Below, piece after piece: positions 51,026 to 61,200 of a DNA stretch of 64,000 nt. The first letter of the stretch is position 1, and each line of letters opens with the position of its first letter. The stretch lies in the NCBI GenBank assembly GCA_965248925.1, contig CBDFLE010000005.1, positions 1,248,001-1,312,000 on the forward strand, read 5' to 3'. Source of the stretch: Candidatus Multivoradales bacterium (GTDB taxonomy: Bacteria > Acidobacteriota > Thermoanaerobaculia > Multivoradales > J023). The notes under the pieces were generated by a model. It saw only the letters and a program-made list of their open reading frames with translations, searched no databases and was not told where the DNA came from. Position numbers and translations under genes: made by a program.

Positions 51026-52000
51026 ATGATTCTTGATAGCCAGAGCGTGCTCGAGAAGATCCAAGACCGGTTATTGAACTGCTCTCAGATCCACGGCTGG
51101 CCAGAGATGGTCGAGCTGATCAATCGCCCGGTGACGACTGCCGCGACACCGTGTTGGGAGTATCCACTGATCGCCGCCGAAGCCGTTGGCGGAAGAATGG
51201 ACGAAGCGATACCCGCAGCAACCACGATTTTCTCTCTTTTACAGAGCATCCACCTTGTTGACGACATTATAGACCACGACCCGCGCGGCCTTTTTCGGCA
51301 ACTAGGAGAGGGCAACGTGGCCAACATCGCGCTCGCATTCCAAGCGATCGCGGCGACAGTCTTGGTCGATCTCCCACTACCAGCCAAAGTTATTGCCGAA
51401 GCCCAAGCCTGCGTCGCTGAGGTCGCCCTCAATACAGCTGCTGGGCAACGCCTCGACGCCCTCGAGATCACCGACGAGGCAACTTACTGGCGGGCAGCCC
51501 TGGCTAAGACACCGCCCCTATTTGGCGGCGCGTTGAAGCTCGGGGCACTACTCGCCGGAGCCGAATCGAAAATCTGCTCCCAACTTGAAGACCTGGGGCA
51601 GCCGATTGGCAAGATCGTCCAACTCAGTGATGACCTACGGGACGCCATGGAAAGCCCGGCAAACGCAGACTGGCAAGGCCGCGGCAATAACTTGGCGATC
51701 TTATACGCCACGACAGCAGACTACCCAGAACGGCAGCTCTTCGAAGATCTCCTGCCGCGGGTCGGGGCCGAGCCAGAAGCGCTGACTGAAGCGCAAGGAA
51801 TTCTGGTGCGCAGCGGCGCGGTGAGTTATTGCGCCTTCCATATGATCGAGACCTACCGTGTTGGCAACAACCTGGTCGCCGCGACAGGTCTGGCCAACAG
51901 CAAGTCCATTACCGACCTGCTGGACCACTTGACTCTACCCCTGAAGAGTCTATTGGAGGCTGTAGGGGTCGATACCGCGGCGGAGCTCTTCGAGCCATGA
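51026..52000 (+). CDS. ComQ-like isoprenoid-synthase-fold enzyme (putative peptide tryptophan prenyltransferase)
   Basis: GGAG RBS. FARM DDIIDHD, GQRLD, KT and second motif QLSDDLRD. Lacks the GGKRxR and post-FARM RRG motifs of chain-elongating synthases. Confidence 0.8.
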   Translation: MILDSQSVLEKIQDRLLNCSQIHGWPEMVELINRPVTTAATPCWEYPLIAAEAVGGRMDEAIPAATTIFSLLQSIHLVDDIIDHDPRGLFRQLGEGNVANIALAFQAIAATVLVDLPLPAKVIAEAQACVAEVALNTAAGQRLDALEITDEATYWRAALAKTPPLFGGALKLGALLAGAESKICSQLEDLGQPIGKIVQLSDDLRDAMESPANADWQGRGNNLAILYATTADYPERQLFEDLLPRVGAEPEALTEAQGILVRSGAVSYCAFHMIETYRVGNNLVAATGLANSKSITDLLDHLTLPLKSLLEAVGVDTAAELFEP

Positions 52001-54912
52001 GGCTGCCGACCCAAAGCCTGACCCAGAATCGCCTTGGCAATGCAGTCTGCGTACTACTCTCTTTCCTGATTCTCACTACTTGCCTATTCTATTCCTACAA
52101 CTTCCTCAAGCGACCGAATTTCGGTTTCTTACTCTACCCCTACACTTGGGCCGTGGACCGAATTACCGAGCCTTGCCATGCGCCGACCGGTTGTCTGGAA
52201 CTGGGCGACCAGGTCCTGCAGATCGGCGACACCCGCTTCGGGACTTTTCGCAACAGTCGTTCCAGTCGGCTCTACAACTCTTTCAAAGTGGGTCAATCGG
52301 TAGACTTCGTTATTCTCCGCAATGATCAACAGATGACTGTTGCAGTCCAAGTGCTGCCCGGCACCCGGGCTGGAGCGCTCGACAACTTCTTAGCTTTCTT
52401 CTTTCCACTGATCTTCTGGTTAACCGGCAGCATCGCCATAGTCTTTCTGCGGCCGCGGGACGAGCGCTGGCTACTCCTAGTCGCCTTCTGGTACGACGTC
52501 GCTCTTTGGACGGCTTCTGGATTCGTCTCGGCGACTCAGATGTCCTACTCGTCAGTCGTTTTCAATTTCTCGATATGGCTCTTTATCCCGTTGATTATTC
52601 ACCTTCACCTGATCCTGCCAAATAGTATTCTGCCACGAATCGACCGCTGGATTCTACCTCCCCTCTACCTCGCCACCTTGACCTTGCTGATTCTCGACCA
52701 ACTTTACTTACTCGAGCGCTCAGTGAACCTGCAGTTGTGGCTGATCTCGATCGGTACCTCGCTGGTATTGTTGGCATCGCGTTACTTCCGCCAAGTCCAA
52801 ATGGCCAGTCGAGTGGCGAGCCGCCTTATGGCTTTTGGTGTCGCCATCGGCTTGGGCCCATTTGTGATCACCCTTTACATCACTCTCTTTCTCAACTTGC
52901 TACCAAAATACAACCGGCTTCTCGATGGCGTCGCGATGCTCGTGGTACCGATCTGGCCAATGTCCTACCTCTACGCAATCTACAAACTGGGACGAAGCAA
53001 GTTCGAGTTCCGTGCCAATCGCTTACTTACTTCCTATGGATTCTTCTCAGCCTACATTGCTCTCTTCGTTGCCACCTACTTCGTCCTCTACTACTTCGTC
53101 GACGACAATTGGCCGGGAATGACCGAGGACCCGGTAATCTTCAGCCTGCTGACTTCCGCTTTATTTGTTGCCCTCGGGCCAACCCTTCGCAATCGCTTCC
53201 AGCAACTTGTAGATCGCAATATCTTTGGTATCAGGTATCGGCCCGAAGCGCTAGTTAGTGGATTCGCAGAGCGCATCCCGACTTCCTTCAATCGCGAAAT
53301 CCTGAAACACCTAATCGTCACCGAGATCTTGCCTACCTTGCTGATCCGACAATCATGTCTATACCTCTTCGACGAGGAAGATCCAACTCCCCTCTACATC
53401 CAGGATCTTCCCTCACACCTGATCGCCCGGCCTCTGGACCGGGAACAGTTAGCTCAGCTGCTGACGTCCTCGGGCCGACATCTTAAGCGAGAGACTCAGG
53501 CCGGGCCGATGTCCTGGATCCGACTGGTGATACCGCTTTCAATCGCCGACCGCTACATCGGAGTCTGGCTCTTCGGCCGGCGTGACCCGGACGACTTTTA
53601 CCCAGAGAGTGACATCAGCCTGTTGCGCAACCTTGCCAACCAAATCGCCCCGGTTACAGAACATGTGCGACTGGTGGAGGCGGCACAACAAGAGATCGAG
53701 GAGAACCGGCGGCTACAAAATCAGCTGGTACAATCTCAGAAAATGGAGGCTGTCGGTCGGCTTTCTGCCGGCATCGCCCACGACTTCAACAACCTGTTGT
53801 CGGTCATTATCGGCTATTCCGATTTGCTGCTGGCTCGGTTTCGTGGGCAGCGTCCAATCCAAGAATACGTGTCCGACATTCGAGATGCCGGCAAGCGTGC
53901 TTCAGTGCTAACCAAGCAGCTGTTGACCTTCAGTCGCCAACAGGCCGTCGAGGCCCAGGTAGTCGACCTCAACCGAGTGATCTCCGAGGTCGAGAGTCTC
54001 CTCAGCCGGGCCATCAGCGGAGATATCGAGCTAAAGGTCGAGTTGGGCAGTTCGGAATACTTGGTGATGGTCGATCCGGGTCAAATTGAGCAGGTGCTGC
54101 TCAACCTAGCAGTGAATGCCAGTGATGCCATGCCCAATGGCGGAGTCCTTGCCGTTAGCACCGATCGAGGTGATCAGACTGCCTGGGGCAATGATCTCAA
54201 TTTGCCCACCAATGACTTTGTTCACCTATCTGTTGCCGACAGTGGTTGCGGTATTCCGAACTCTGCTTTGGAGCATATCTTCGAGCCCTTCTTCACCACT
54301 AAGGACATTGGAAAGGGCACCGGACTCGGGTTGTCAATGGTCTATGGCATTATCAGTCAAAGTGATGGCTATATTTTCGTCGACAGTCGGGTTGCCAGAC
54401 GAACTGGAGGCCAGGTCGACGATCAATCCTACTCCGGCACTAGATTTGACATTTATCTGCCGCTGACTACCGAGAAAATCTCGGCCCCTCTCAACGTTCC
54501 AGAAGAGCCGACTGATCAACCCTCTGGAATTGGCACCATTCTAGTGGTCGAAGATAACGATATAGTTCGTAAAGTCACTTGCGAAATCCTACGCGACTGC
54601 GGATATCAGGTTATCGAGGCCAGTGACGGGAAATTGGCTCTAAGAGTATTCGAGCAGCACACTGGCCACATCGATCTACTATTGACTGATGTGGTGATGC
54701 CGGCCATTAGAGGCCCAGAGCTCGCTCGACGACTACTGCTGATGGCTCCTTCTCTACGGGTGATCCTGATGTCTGGCTACAACGACGAGTCTATGATTGA
54801 AGGCGGCGTTAGCACCTCTTGGCCGATGATTCGCAAGCCCTTCTCCCCGGCATCCCTTTGTCGGGAGATTCACGCCCAACTCGATTCCGGGTCCTCGCCA
54901 GCCAGCAAGTAG
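51997..54912 (+). CDS. ComP-like membrane sensor hybrid histidine kinase (TM-PDZ-~9TM-GAF-HisKA-HATPase-REC)
   Basis: ATGA overlap with the upstream gene. PDZ-like [11 protein letters not shown]...V.F.ILR. About 10 hydrophobic segments. [34 protein letters not shown] and LLLTDVVMP motifs. Confidence 0.9.
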   Translation: MRLPTQSLTQNRLGNAVCVLLSFLILTTCLFYSYNFLKRPNFGFLLYPYTWAVDRITEPCHAPTGCLELGDQVLQIGDTRFGTFRNSRSSRLYNSFKVGQSVDFVILRNDQQMTVAVQVLPGTRAGALDNFLAFFFPLIFWLTGSIAIVFLRPRDERWLLLVAFWYDVALWTASGFVSATQMSYSSVVFNFSIWLFIPLIIHLHLILPNSILPRIDRWILPPLYLATLTLLILDQLYLLERSVNLQLWLISIGTSLVLLASRYFRQVQMASRVASRLMAFGVAIGLGPFVITLYITLFLNLLPKYNRLLDGVAMLVVPIWPMSYLYAIYKLGRSKFEFRANRLLTSYGFFSAYIALFVATYFVLYYFVDDNWPGMTEDPVIFSLLTSALFVALGPTLRNRFQQLVDRNIFGIRYRPEALVSGFAERIPTSFNREILKHLIVTEILPTLLIRQSCLYLFDEEDPTPLYIQDLPSHLIARPLDREQLAQLLTSSGRHLKRETQAGPMSWIRLVIPLSIADRYIGVWLFGRRDPDDFYPESDISLLRNLANQIAPVTEHVRLVEAAQQEIEENRRLQNQLVQSQKMEAVGRLSAGIAHDFNNLLSVIIGYSDLLLARFRGQRPIQEYVSDIRDAGKRASVLTKQLLTFSRQQAVEAQVVDLNRVISEVESLLSRAISGDIELKVELGSSEYLVMVDPGQIEQVLLNLAVNASDAMPNGGVLAVSTDRGDQTAWGNDLNLPTNDFVHLSVADSGCGIPNSALEHIFEPFFTTKDIGKGTGLGLSMVYGIISQSDGYIFVDSRVARRTGGQVDDQSYSGTRFDIYLPLTTEKISAPLNVPEEPTDQPSGIGTILVVEDNDIVRKVTCEILRDCGYQVIEASDGKLALRVFEQHTGHIDLLLTDVVMPAIRGPELARRLLLMAPSLRVILMSGYNDESMIEGGVSTSWPMIRKPFSPASLCREIHAQLDSGSSPASK

Positions 54913-55318
54913 CTCGCAAAGAAAATTGTATTTTCTATATATCTATTGCTAAACCACTGACCCCAGTTTGACCTCGACTGAGCAACCGCGGGGGGCCATT
55001 TAGCGCCCCCTCTAGATAATTCACCCGCCTGCACAAAACCGGGGAATACACTCGGCTCTCATACCTATTGTTAGATGCGTATGGCAGGGTGCTGTTTGGC
55101 CTGACCGCCTGCGAGGCGCTCATCCATACTGTGCGGAGTTGCCCCCTAACGTAAGTTCGCAAGCGAGAGGGAAATTTCTTCTGAAAGGAGAATAGAGATG
55201 CCCTGTGCACCCCACTGACTAGCTCGAGAAGTCAAACTCGCCGAGTCGTCGTACCAGACTCCGACATCCTCCTGCTGCCCGTTCTGGCAGATTCACAACT
55301 AGTTTCAGGAGACCAGCC

Positions 55319-55498
55319 ATGACGATCAAAGCATTTCCTTCGATGCTTCGCCTAGAAGGCCATCCGCAACCGCTGTGGAGGGCATTGAGAAGTCTCACTC
55401 GGAGCAAACTCGAACCGGGCGAGGTGTCCATGCGGTTCCTGAGTTGGGAGCCTTGGGTGCCTGGGCTTGGGGATGAGACCGGAGCAAGTCCGGCTTGA
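55319..55498 (+). CDS. ComX-like precursor peptide 2 (59 aa): MTIKAFPSMLRLEGHPQPLWRALRSLTRSKLEPGEVSMRFLSWEPWVPGLGDETGASPA
   Basis: AGGAGA RBS at 55307-55312; below the ORF-track cutoff; shares the leader pattern and F..W.PW.P core with peptide 1. Confidence 0.82.
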   Translation: MTIKAFPSMLRLEGHPQPLWRALRSLTRSKLEPGEVSMRFLSWEPWVPGLGDETGASPA

Positions 55499-55582
55499 GG
55501 ACCTCTGGGCGATTGAAACCAGTCTCGTGTCGTTTTCGCCTGGCCTCGTCTTGTCACCACCACCGGCTGCAGGGCGAGGCTT

Positions 55583-57481
55583 CTAGTCCGCCGTTGCTGG
55601 CGGGTCTCGCAGACGATCTGCCAGCCCCGAGCTTCGCAAGGCTGGACTTTCTATCGCGAACCGGAGAATCTCTCGACTGGCAAAGATCTGTACTTTGCTA
55701 CGCGCCCGGGTCAGCGCGGTATAAAGTAACTGCCGGGAAAGCACTGGAGAGATTTCCACCGGCAGTACAATCGCCACCTCTTGGTGTTCTGATCCTTGGC
55801 TCTTGTGCACGCTCGAGGCCAGCGCCGATTCATGTGCTGGCAGCCACGAGGGAGCCACTTCGCGGACTCCATCGGCGGCTGCAAAGTAGGCTTGAGGACC
55901 GCGCTGCGGATGACTGGCAATGACCCCAAAATCCCCGTTGTAGAGTTCTTGGCGGTAGTCGTTGCGGGTGAGGATCAGAGGCCGCCCTTCATAATGCCCA
56001 CCGGCCAGGCGCTGTAAACCCTGCGCAGAGTCCAAGTGCCGCTCAATTGCTGAGTCCACTGCCAGCGCGCCGAGGGCGCCATGGCGATGGGCGCAGAGAA
56101 TGCGGAACTGCTCTAGCAACTCGAGCTTGGCGAGCGGGTCTGAAAGCTCTAGCAGCTGGCGCCAGTTTCTCAGCGCCCGAGTGATTAACTGGACAGGCAC
56201 CTTGCCGCCGGCGGGAGGCTCGATTCTCTGCAACACTTCTTGCCCCGGCTGCTCAAGCAACTGTAATGCTCGCTCGACCTTGCCAAGTCTGACGGCGGTT
56301 GCTAGTTCCTCGATCAGGCCGCCAGCGCTGTAGCGGTAGCTGTGTTGCAGAGTAACTATTGAGTCGCCGATAGCGGCGCTGTCATGGTCCCGATTCTCGG
56401 TCACCGAGTCTGGCTCGGCGGGCTTCAGGCTTTGCTGCGCGACTTCTTCGATATCCTGCCTCAGGCGGGTCGAGAAGCTGGCAGGTGCGGTACAGATATC
56501 GGCCAGAACCGCGCCCGCCTCTACCGCCGCAAGCTGGTCTGGGTCGCCTAATAGGATGCAGCGGGCGGTCTTGGGCAGGGCGCCTAGGAGCCGGCTCATC
56601 AGCGCCAGATCAACCATCGAGGCCTCGTCGAGCACTACCAGATCCGCTAGCAACGGCCGCCCTGGGCCATGTCTAAAGTGGCTTGTACTACCGCCTACAG
56701 ATCCCAGGGCACGATGCACAGTCGAGGCATTCTCGGCTATCCCAGCAATCACCTCCGGCACCACGTCGAGCTGTTGTTTGGCCTGGCGGATCGACTGTCC
56801 AAGCCGTGCCGCCGCCTTGCCGGTTGGCGCCAGCAAGAGAGTGCGCGGCGGCGGCTCACCGGCCGCCAATGCCTGCTCGCTGAGGAGAGTCAGAATCTTC
56901 ACCACCGTGGTGGTCTTGCCGGTGCCAGGGCCACCGGTAATAACGCACAGTCGCCGGAGGACGGCGATGGCCGACGCGACTCGCTGCCAATCGATCGCCA
57001 CGGTCGAGTTCTTAATAAAGAGGCGTTCCAGGCCGTCGCAGAGCAAATCTCGGTCGACTGCCGGCGGCGGCCCCCCGGCTAGCAGATGAAGGCTCTCTGC
57101 AAGGTCTTCTTGATGCCGCCAGTAGCGGTGAAGATAGAGCCTGCCACGGCGATCGAGGATCAAGGGCCGACTCGGCGAGCGCTCTGCTGACGCCGCGGCA
57201 TCGACCAACGGACTGGCGGCCAGCAGCTCCCGCCAACGCCTTGCCGGTGGCCAACTGCGATCTTCGGTGGAATCCTCAGGGCTGCTCGCCGGTGGCGTCA
57301 GCACCCAGCGTTCAAGATCCAAACACGAGTGCCCGCGCCTGAGTTGGCGAGCGGTCAGGGCCACCGCCAACAGCACTTCGGCACGCTCCTCGTTGGCCAG
57401 GCGACCCAGGGTGTGGGCCAGCTGCTCGTCCAAGGCGCCCAACTCGCCGGCTGCCCGCAGCTCTTCGAGAGTCGGTGTCAC
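55583..57481 (-). CDS. recD: Exodeoxyribonuclease V alpha subunit
   Basis: LYLHRYW, GGPGTGKTT, APTGKAAARL, DEASMVD and HKSQGSE motifs; GTGA overlap with recB. Confidence 0.96.
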   Translation of the reverse strand: MTPTLEELRAAGELGALDEQLAHTLGRLANEERAEVLLAVALTARQLRRGHSCLDLERWVLTPPASSPEDSTEDRSWPPARRWRELLAASPLVDAAASAERSPSRPLILDRRGRLYLHRYWRHQEDLAESLHLLAGGPPPAVDRDLLCDGLERLFIKNSTVAIDWQRVASAIAVLRRLCVITGGPGTGKTTTVVKILTLLSEQALAAGEPPPRTLLLAPTGKAAARLGQSIRQAKQQLDVVPEVIAGIAENASTVHRALGSVGGSTSHFRHGPGRPLLADLVVLDEASMVDLALMSRLLGALPKTARCILLGDPDQLAAVEAGAVLADICTAPASFSTRLRQDIEEVAQQSLKPAEPDSVTENRDHDSAAIGDSIVTLQHSYRYSAGGLIEELATAVRLGKVERALQLLEQPGQEVLQRIEPPAGGKVPVQLITRALRNWRQLLELSDPLAKLELLEQFRILCAHRHGALGALAVDSAIERHLDSAQGLQRLAGGHYEGRPLILTRNDYRQELYNGDFGVIASHPQRGPQAYFAAADGVREVAPSWLPAHESALASSVHKSQGSEHQEVAIVLPVEISPVLSRQLLYTALTRARSKVQIFASREILRFAIESPALRSSGLADRLRDPPATAD

Positions 57482-60400
57482 TCGCCCTCTCCAACTGCCA
57501 GATCGGGCACCCCGAGGAGCTGGCTGAGGTCTTCGATCAGTTGCGCTGAGGGTAGATCTTGGAAGATGCCGCAAGCCGGCGGGTGATGCTGCCCCACCCC
57601 TCGCAGGAAAAGGTAGATGGCACCACCGAAACTCTGCCGATAACTGTAGCCCGGCTGGCGTAGACGCAGATAGCGATCCACCGCCAGGACGTAGAGGTGG
57701 TATTGCAGAAAGTAGTGGTGCTCAGCCATGGCGGTCGTCAATCTGGCCGGCAGATAGTCCTGGGGTCGCGACCCCAGGTGATTGGATTTGTAGTCAAGCA
57801 CGAACCAGCGGCCATCCTGCTCGAAAACCAAGTCGACAAATCCACGTAAGTAACCACAGAGAGGCGCGAAATCAAGCCGGGCCAGCCGCTGGTAATAGTT
57901 CGGTGCCATCGCCGGCGCCTGGTGTCGCGCGAAGAGTTCGGCTAACTGGTCAGCGACCAACTCAGGCCTATTTCTGGCCGCTGCGGCTGGCAGAGTGAAA
58001 GGCATCTCGACCAGTCGCCGCTCGGCCTGGCACAGTTGGACCGTGCGACCAGCAACCGCGATCGGTAGTTGCAATGCCGCCTCTATCGCAGAGCTTAGAA
58101 TCCCGCCCCAACTGGAATCGAGGCCGAACCGCGCCAGGGCCTCGGCGGTGGTACGCCGCACTTGCTGCTGGTCGGCCGAAGGTTCGAGAAGCTCGAAGAT
58201 CTGATGCACCATATTTCCCGGCTGGCGGCCTGCGGGCAGAGGATCGAGCAGGATCCTCCGCTCCTCGACCGCTGGCGCCAGCAGCGGCGGCCGAGCGCCG
58301 GGCAAGGCGTCGGCCAGATTGTCAGCGCCGTCGAGATCGCGCCCTTCATCGAGGGGCGAACTCTCTGCCCCTCGAACCATCGCCGAAAAACTCGACCAGC
58401 GCCACGGCAAAGATGCCCGGCGCCGAATCTGACGCGGTCGCAGCTCGGCCTCTGTAGGCAGCCGATGCTCAGCGCGATAGCGACTCGCCGGGCGCTCGTC
58501 AATGGGTTGGATTTGCAACCCCACTGCGGCCAGATCAGCAAGCTGCTGCAACTCGAGCCAACGCCCTTCCTCGGACAGGGTCCGCAGACGGTCGCCCGTC
58601 GTGCTCCGCAAGGCCGCCGGATCCTGCTCCGCGGCGGCGGCTGGCAAGGGATGCAGCAGATAACCCAGAGCGCTCTTGTGAGCATCTTGAAAGGCACCCC
58701 AAACCAGCGTGCAACCGTGGCGGGCGCGGGTCAGAGCAACATAAACCAGACGTAATTCCTCGGCAAAATCCTCTTCCGCTGCTTGCTGCCGATGGTGATC
58801 TATCCGCGAGGAGCCCAAGTCCAATTTGCCGCGGTAGCCATCGCTGGGATCGTGAAACCGCACCCAAGGCCGCGACGGCTCGAAATGATCCCAGAGGAAA
58901 GGACAGTAGACCAGCGGGTATTCGAGCCCTTTGCTCTTGTGCACTGTCACCAGCTGCACCGCATGGGCGTCGCTCTCCAGGCGAATCTGCGCCACTTCGT
59001 GGGCTAATGCCCCTCCCCCACTCCCAGCGCGCAGGCGGGCCAACCAGCGCAGCAAGACCTCGGCACTTCCGCCATAGCGCAGCGCCAGGCTGTCGACCAG
59101 CTCGCCGAGGTGACTCCAATTGGTCAAGCGTCGCTCTCCGTCGGCCAGAGCGAGCAAGCGGGCCATGCGCCGCGGATCGTCCAGCATGCGGCGCAGAGCG
59201 GCGAGCATGCCCCGCGCTCTCCACGCTTCCGACCAGCTGGCGAAACGCTGCTGCCAAGCCGCCCAGACATCCTGCTGGCCGGTCAATGCGTGCAGTTCAC
59301 TGGCCGTGCAGCCGATCAAATCAGTCGCCAGAGCGGCCCGCAGAACCCGTGGGTCGCGGGGATTGGCCAGTGCTCGCAAGATCAACTCCAGCTCGGCGGC
59401 TTCGGCAGTCTCGAAGACGCTGCTATCGCCGTGCAGAACACTCGGTACGCCGAGTCCACGCAGAGCCGCTTGCATTGCTGCTGCCTGGGCATTGGTACGG
59501 CAGAGAACAGCCATGTCGCCAGGCACTACCGGCAGTTCGCCGAGGTGGGTGGCACCCTCGAGGCGGCGGCGGATATCCGCCGCCACGACTCGCGGCAGGC
59601 GCTGTCGAGCAGCGGTCTTGGAAATCGGCTTTCCAGGCTTGCCTCCCAGCGAGCCGCTACCCGCCCACAGCACCCGCAAAGGCTGCCGCCAGTCACCGGT
59701 GGCGTCCGCCGCCAAGGTGCTGTGCAGCAGATCTTCGGCCGCCGGTCGCGGGGCGACCTGATCGAAAGCAATACCAGCGAACAAAAAGGGACGCGAGCAG
59801 CGGCCGAAAAGGGTGCCCAGAGCTGCCAGCAGACCGGGATCGGAACGCCAGTTGACATCCAAGGTGTGCACCGCTCGCGCATCCCGCCGAGCGCTGAGAT
59901 AGGCAAAGACGTCAGCGCCGCGAAAGGCGTAAATGGCCTGTTTGGGGTCGCCGACCAGGAGCAAGGTCGGCGGCTGGGCGGCGGTCGCCGCGCCGGTCCC
60001 CAGGTAGATGCGGCGGAAAATCCTATATTGCAACGAGTCAGTATCTTGAAATTCGTCGATCAATGCCGCCGGATAGCGCCCTCTGAGCTGGGCCGCCAAA
60101 CGGCCACCGGCGGCACGATCGAGCGCTTGATCGAGGCCGAGGAGGAGGTCGTCGAAACCCTGGCTGCCGCGGGCTGCTTGCCGCCCTGGCAATTCCTGCC
60201 GAGCCCAGTCGACAAGTTCTAATTGCAAGGTCAGCGCTTGCTCTTCGAGTTGGCTAGTGAGTTCGAGATCCGCATCGATAAGTTCGGCACAGGCCTCAAA
60301 GAGGGGGTGCCGTGGCGTTGGTTTCCCCTTCTTGGTTCCCTTCTCTAAGGCCGCTGGGCTGAGCTTGGCAAGGTCCTGGTGGTAGCGCCCGGGCTGGGCC

Positions 60401-61200
60401 GGGGTGGCCAGCCGATCGAGTGCCGGCAGCAGGGTCTTGGTGATCGTCGCTCGGCGATAGAGGTTACGGTTGAGGGCTGGCGAGTCGAGAAGCAGGGCTT
60501 TGACTTCTCCGCCGGAGGCCCGCCATAGCTCATTCAGACGTTGCCGTGCGCTGTGCCAGCGACCGGCATCCAATGCCGCGGCCGGCCTTTCCTCGCCAGC
60601 CGGCAAGAGCTGCAACCGGGGAGCTGACAGTGCCCGGCTAGCCAACCGCGCCAGGAGTTGCGGGTCAATTCCCCGAGCGGCCAAGAAACGCACCAACAGA
60701 GGATCGGCGCCATGCACTTGCCGCACCCAAAAGTCTTCCGCCAACTCGGTGATGATCGGCCGCGAATCGGTCGGCAGCGGATCGACAAACGACACCCCGC
60801 TCTCGAATGCAGAATCCTGCAACACCCGATGGCAGAAACCATGGATGGTGTAAATCGCCGCTTCGTCGAACTCGCGCACCGCCTGCACCAGGCGAACGCG
60901 ATCCTCTGCCGCCGACTTCTGGCGCCGCTCCAGGTAGCGATCGAAAACCTCTTCACCCGTCAGCTGCCCGCTGTCCAGAGCAGCGATCACTTGGCGCAAA
61001 CGTTGGCGCACCTGATCGCGCAATTCAGCCGTCGCCGCCTGGGTGAAGGTCACCACCAGGACCTGGCCAACCTTGAGCCGACGCTCTAGCAACAAGCGCA
61101 GAAAGAGGGCCGTCAGACTGTAGGTCTTGCCAGTGCCGGCGCTGGCTTGCAACAGCTGAACACCTTCGAGTTCCACCGCCAGCGGGTCGAAGGTCTTCAC
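57478..61200 (-). CDS. recB: Exodeoxyribonuclease V beta subunit
   Basis: ASAGTGKT, DEFQDTD, VGDPKQAIYAFRGAD and HKSKGLEY motifs; nuclease GFVDLVF...DYKSN. Confidence 0.97.
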   Translation of the reverse strand: MKTFDPLAVELEGVQLLQASAGTGKTYSLTALFLRLLLERRLKVGQVLVVTFTQAATAELRDQVRQRLRQVIAALDSGQLTGEEVFDRYLERRQKSAAEDRVRLVQAVREFDEAAIYTIHGFCHRVLQDSAFESGVSFVDPLPTDSRPIITELAEDFWVRQVHGADPLLVRFLAARGIDPQLLARLASRALSAPRLQLLPAGEERPAAALDAGRWHSARQRLNELWRASGGEVKALLLDSPALNRNLYRRATITKTLLPALDRLATPAQPGRYHQDLAKLSPAALEKGTKKGKPTPRHPLFEACAELIDADLELTSQLEEQALTLQLELVDWARQELPGRQAARGSQGFDDLLLGLDQALDRAAGGRLAAQLRGRYPAALIDEFQDTDSLQYRIFRRIYLGTGAATAAQPPTLLLVGDPKQAIYAFRGADVFAYLSARRDARAVHTLDVNWRSDPGLLAALGTLFGRCSRPFLFAGIAFDQVAPRPAAEDLLHSTLAADATGDWRQPLRVLWAGSGSLGGKPGKPISKTAARQRLPRVVAADIRRRLEGATHLGELPVVPGDMAVLCRTNAQAAAMQAALRGLGVPSVLHGDSSVFETAEAAELELILRALANPRDPRVLRAALATDLIGCTASELHALTGQQDVWAAWQQRFASWSEAWRARGMLAALRRMLDDPRRMARLLALADGERRLTNWSHLGELVDSLALRYGGSAEVLLRWLARLRAGSGGGALAHEVAQIRLESDAHAVQLVTVHKSKGLEYPLVYCPFLWDHFEPSRPWVRFHDPSDGYRGKLDLGSSRIDHHRQQAAEEDFAEELRLVYVALTRARHGCTLVWGAFQDAHKSALGYLLHPLPAAAAEQDPAALRSTTGDRLRTLSEEGRWLELQQLADLAAVGLQIQPIDERPASRYRAEHRLPTEAELRPRQIRRRASLPWRWSSFSAMVRGAESSPLDEGRDLDGADNLADALPGARPPLLAPAVEERRILLDPLPAGRQPGNMVHQIFELLEPSADQQQVRRTTAEALARFGLDSSWGGILSSAIEAALQLPIAVAGRTVQLCQAERRLVEMPFTLPAAAARNRPELVADQLAELFARHQAPAMAPNYYQRLARLDFAPLCGYLRGFVDLVFEQDGRWFVLDYKSNHLGSRPQDYLPARLTTAMAEHHYFLQYHLYVLAVDRYLRLRQPGYSYRQSFGGAIYLFLRGVGQHHPPACGIFQDLPSAQLIEDLSQLLGVPDLAVGEGE

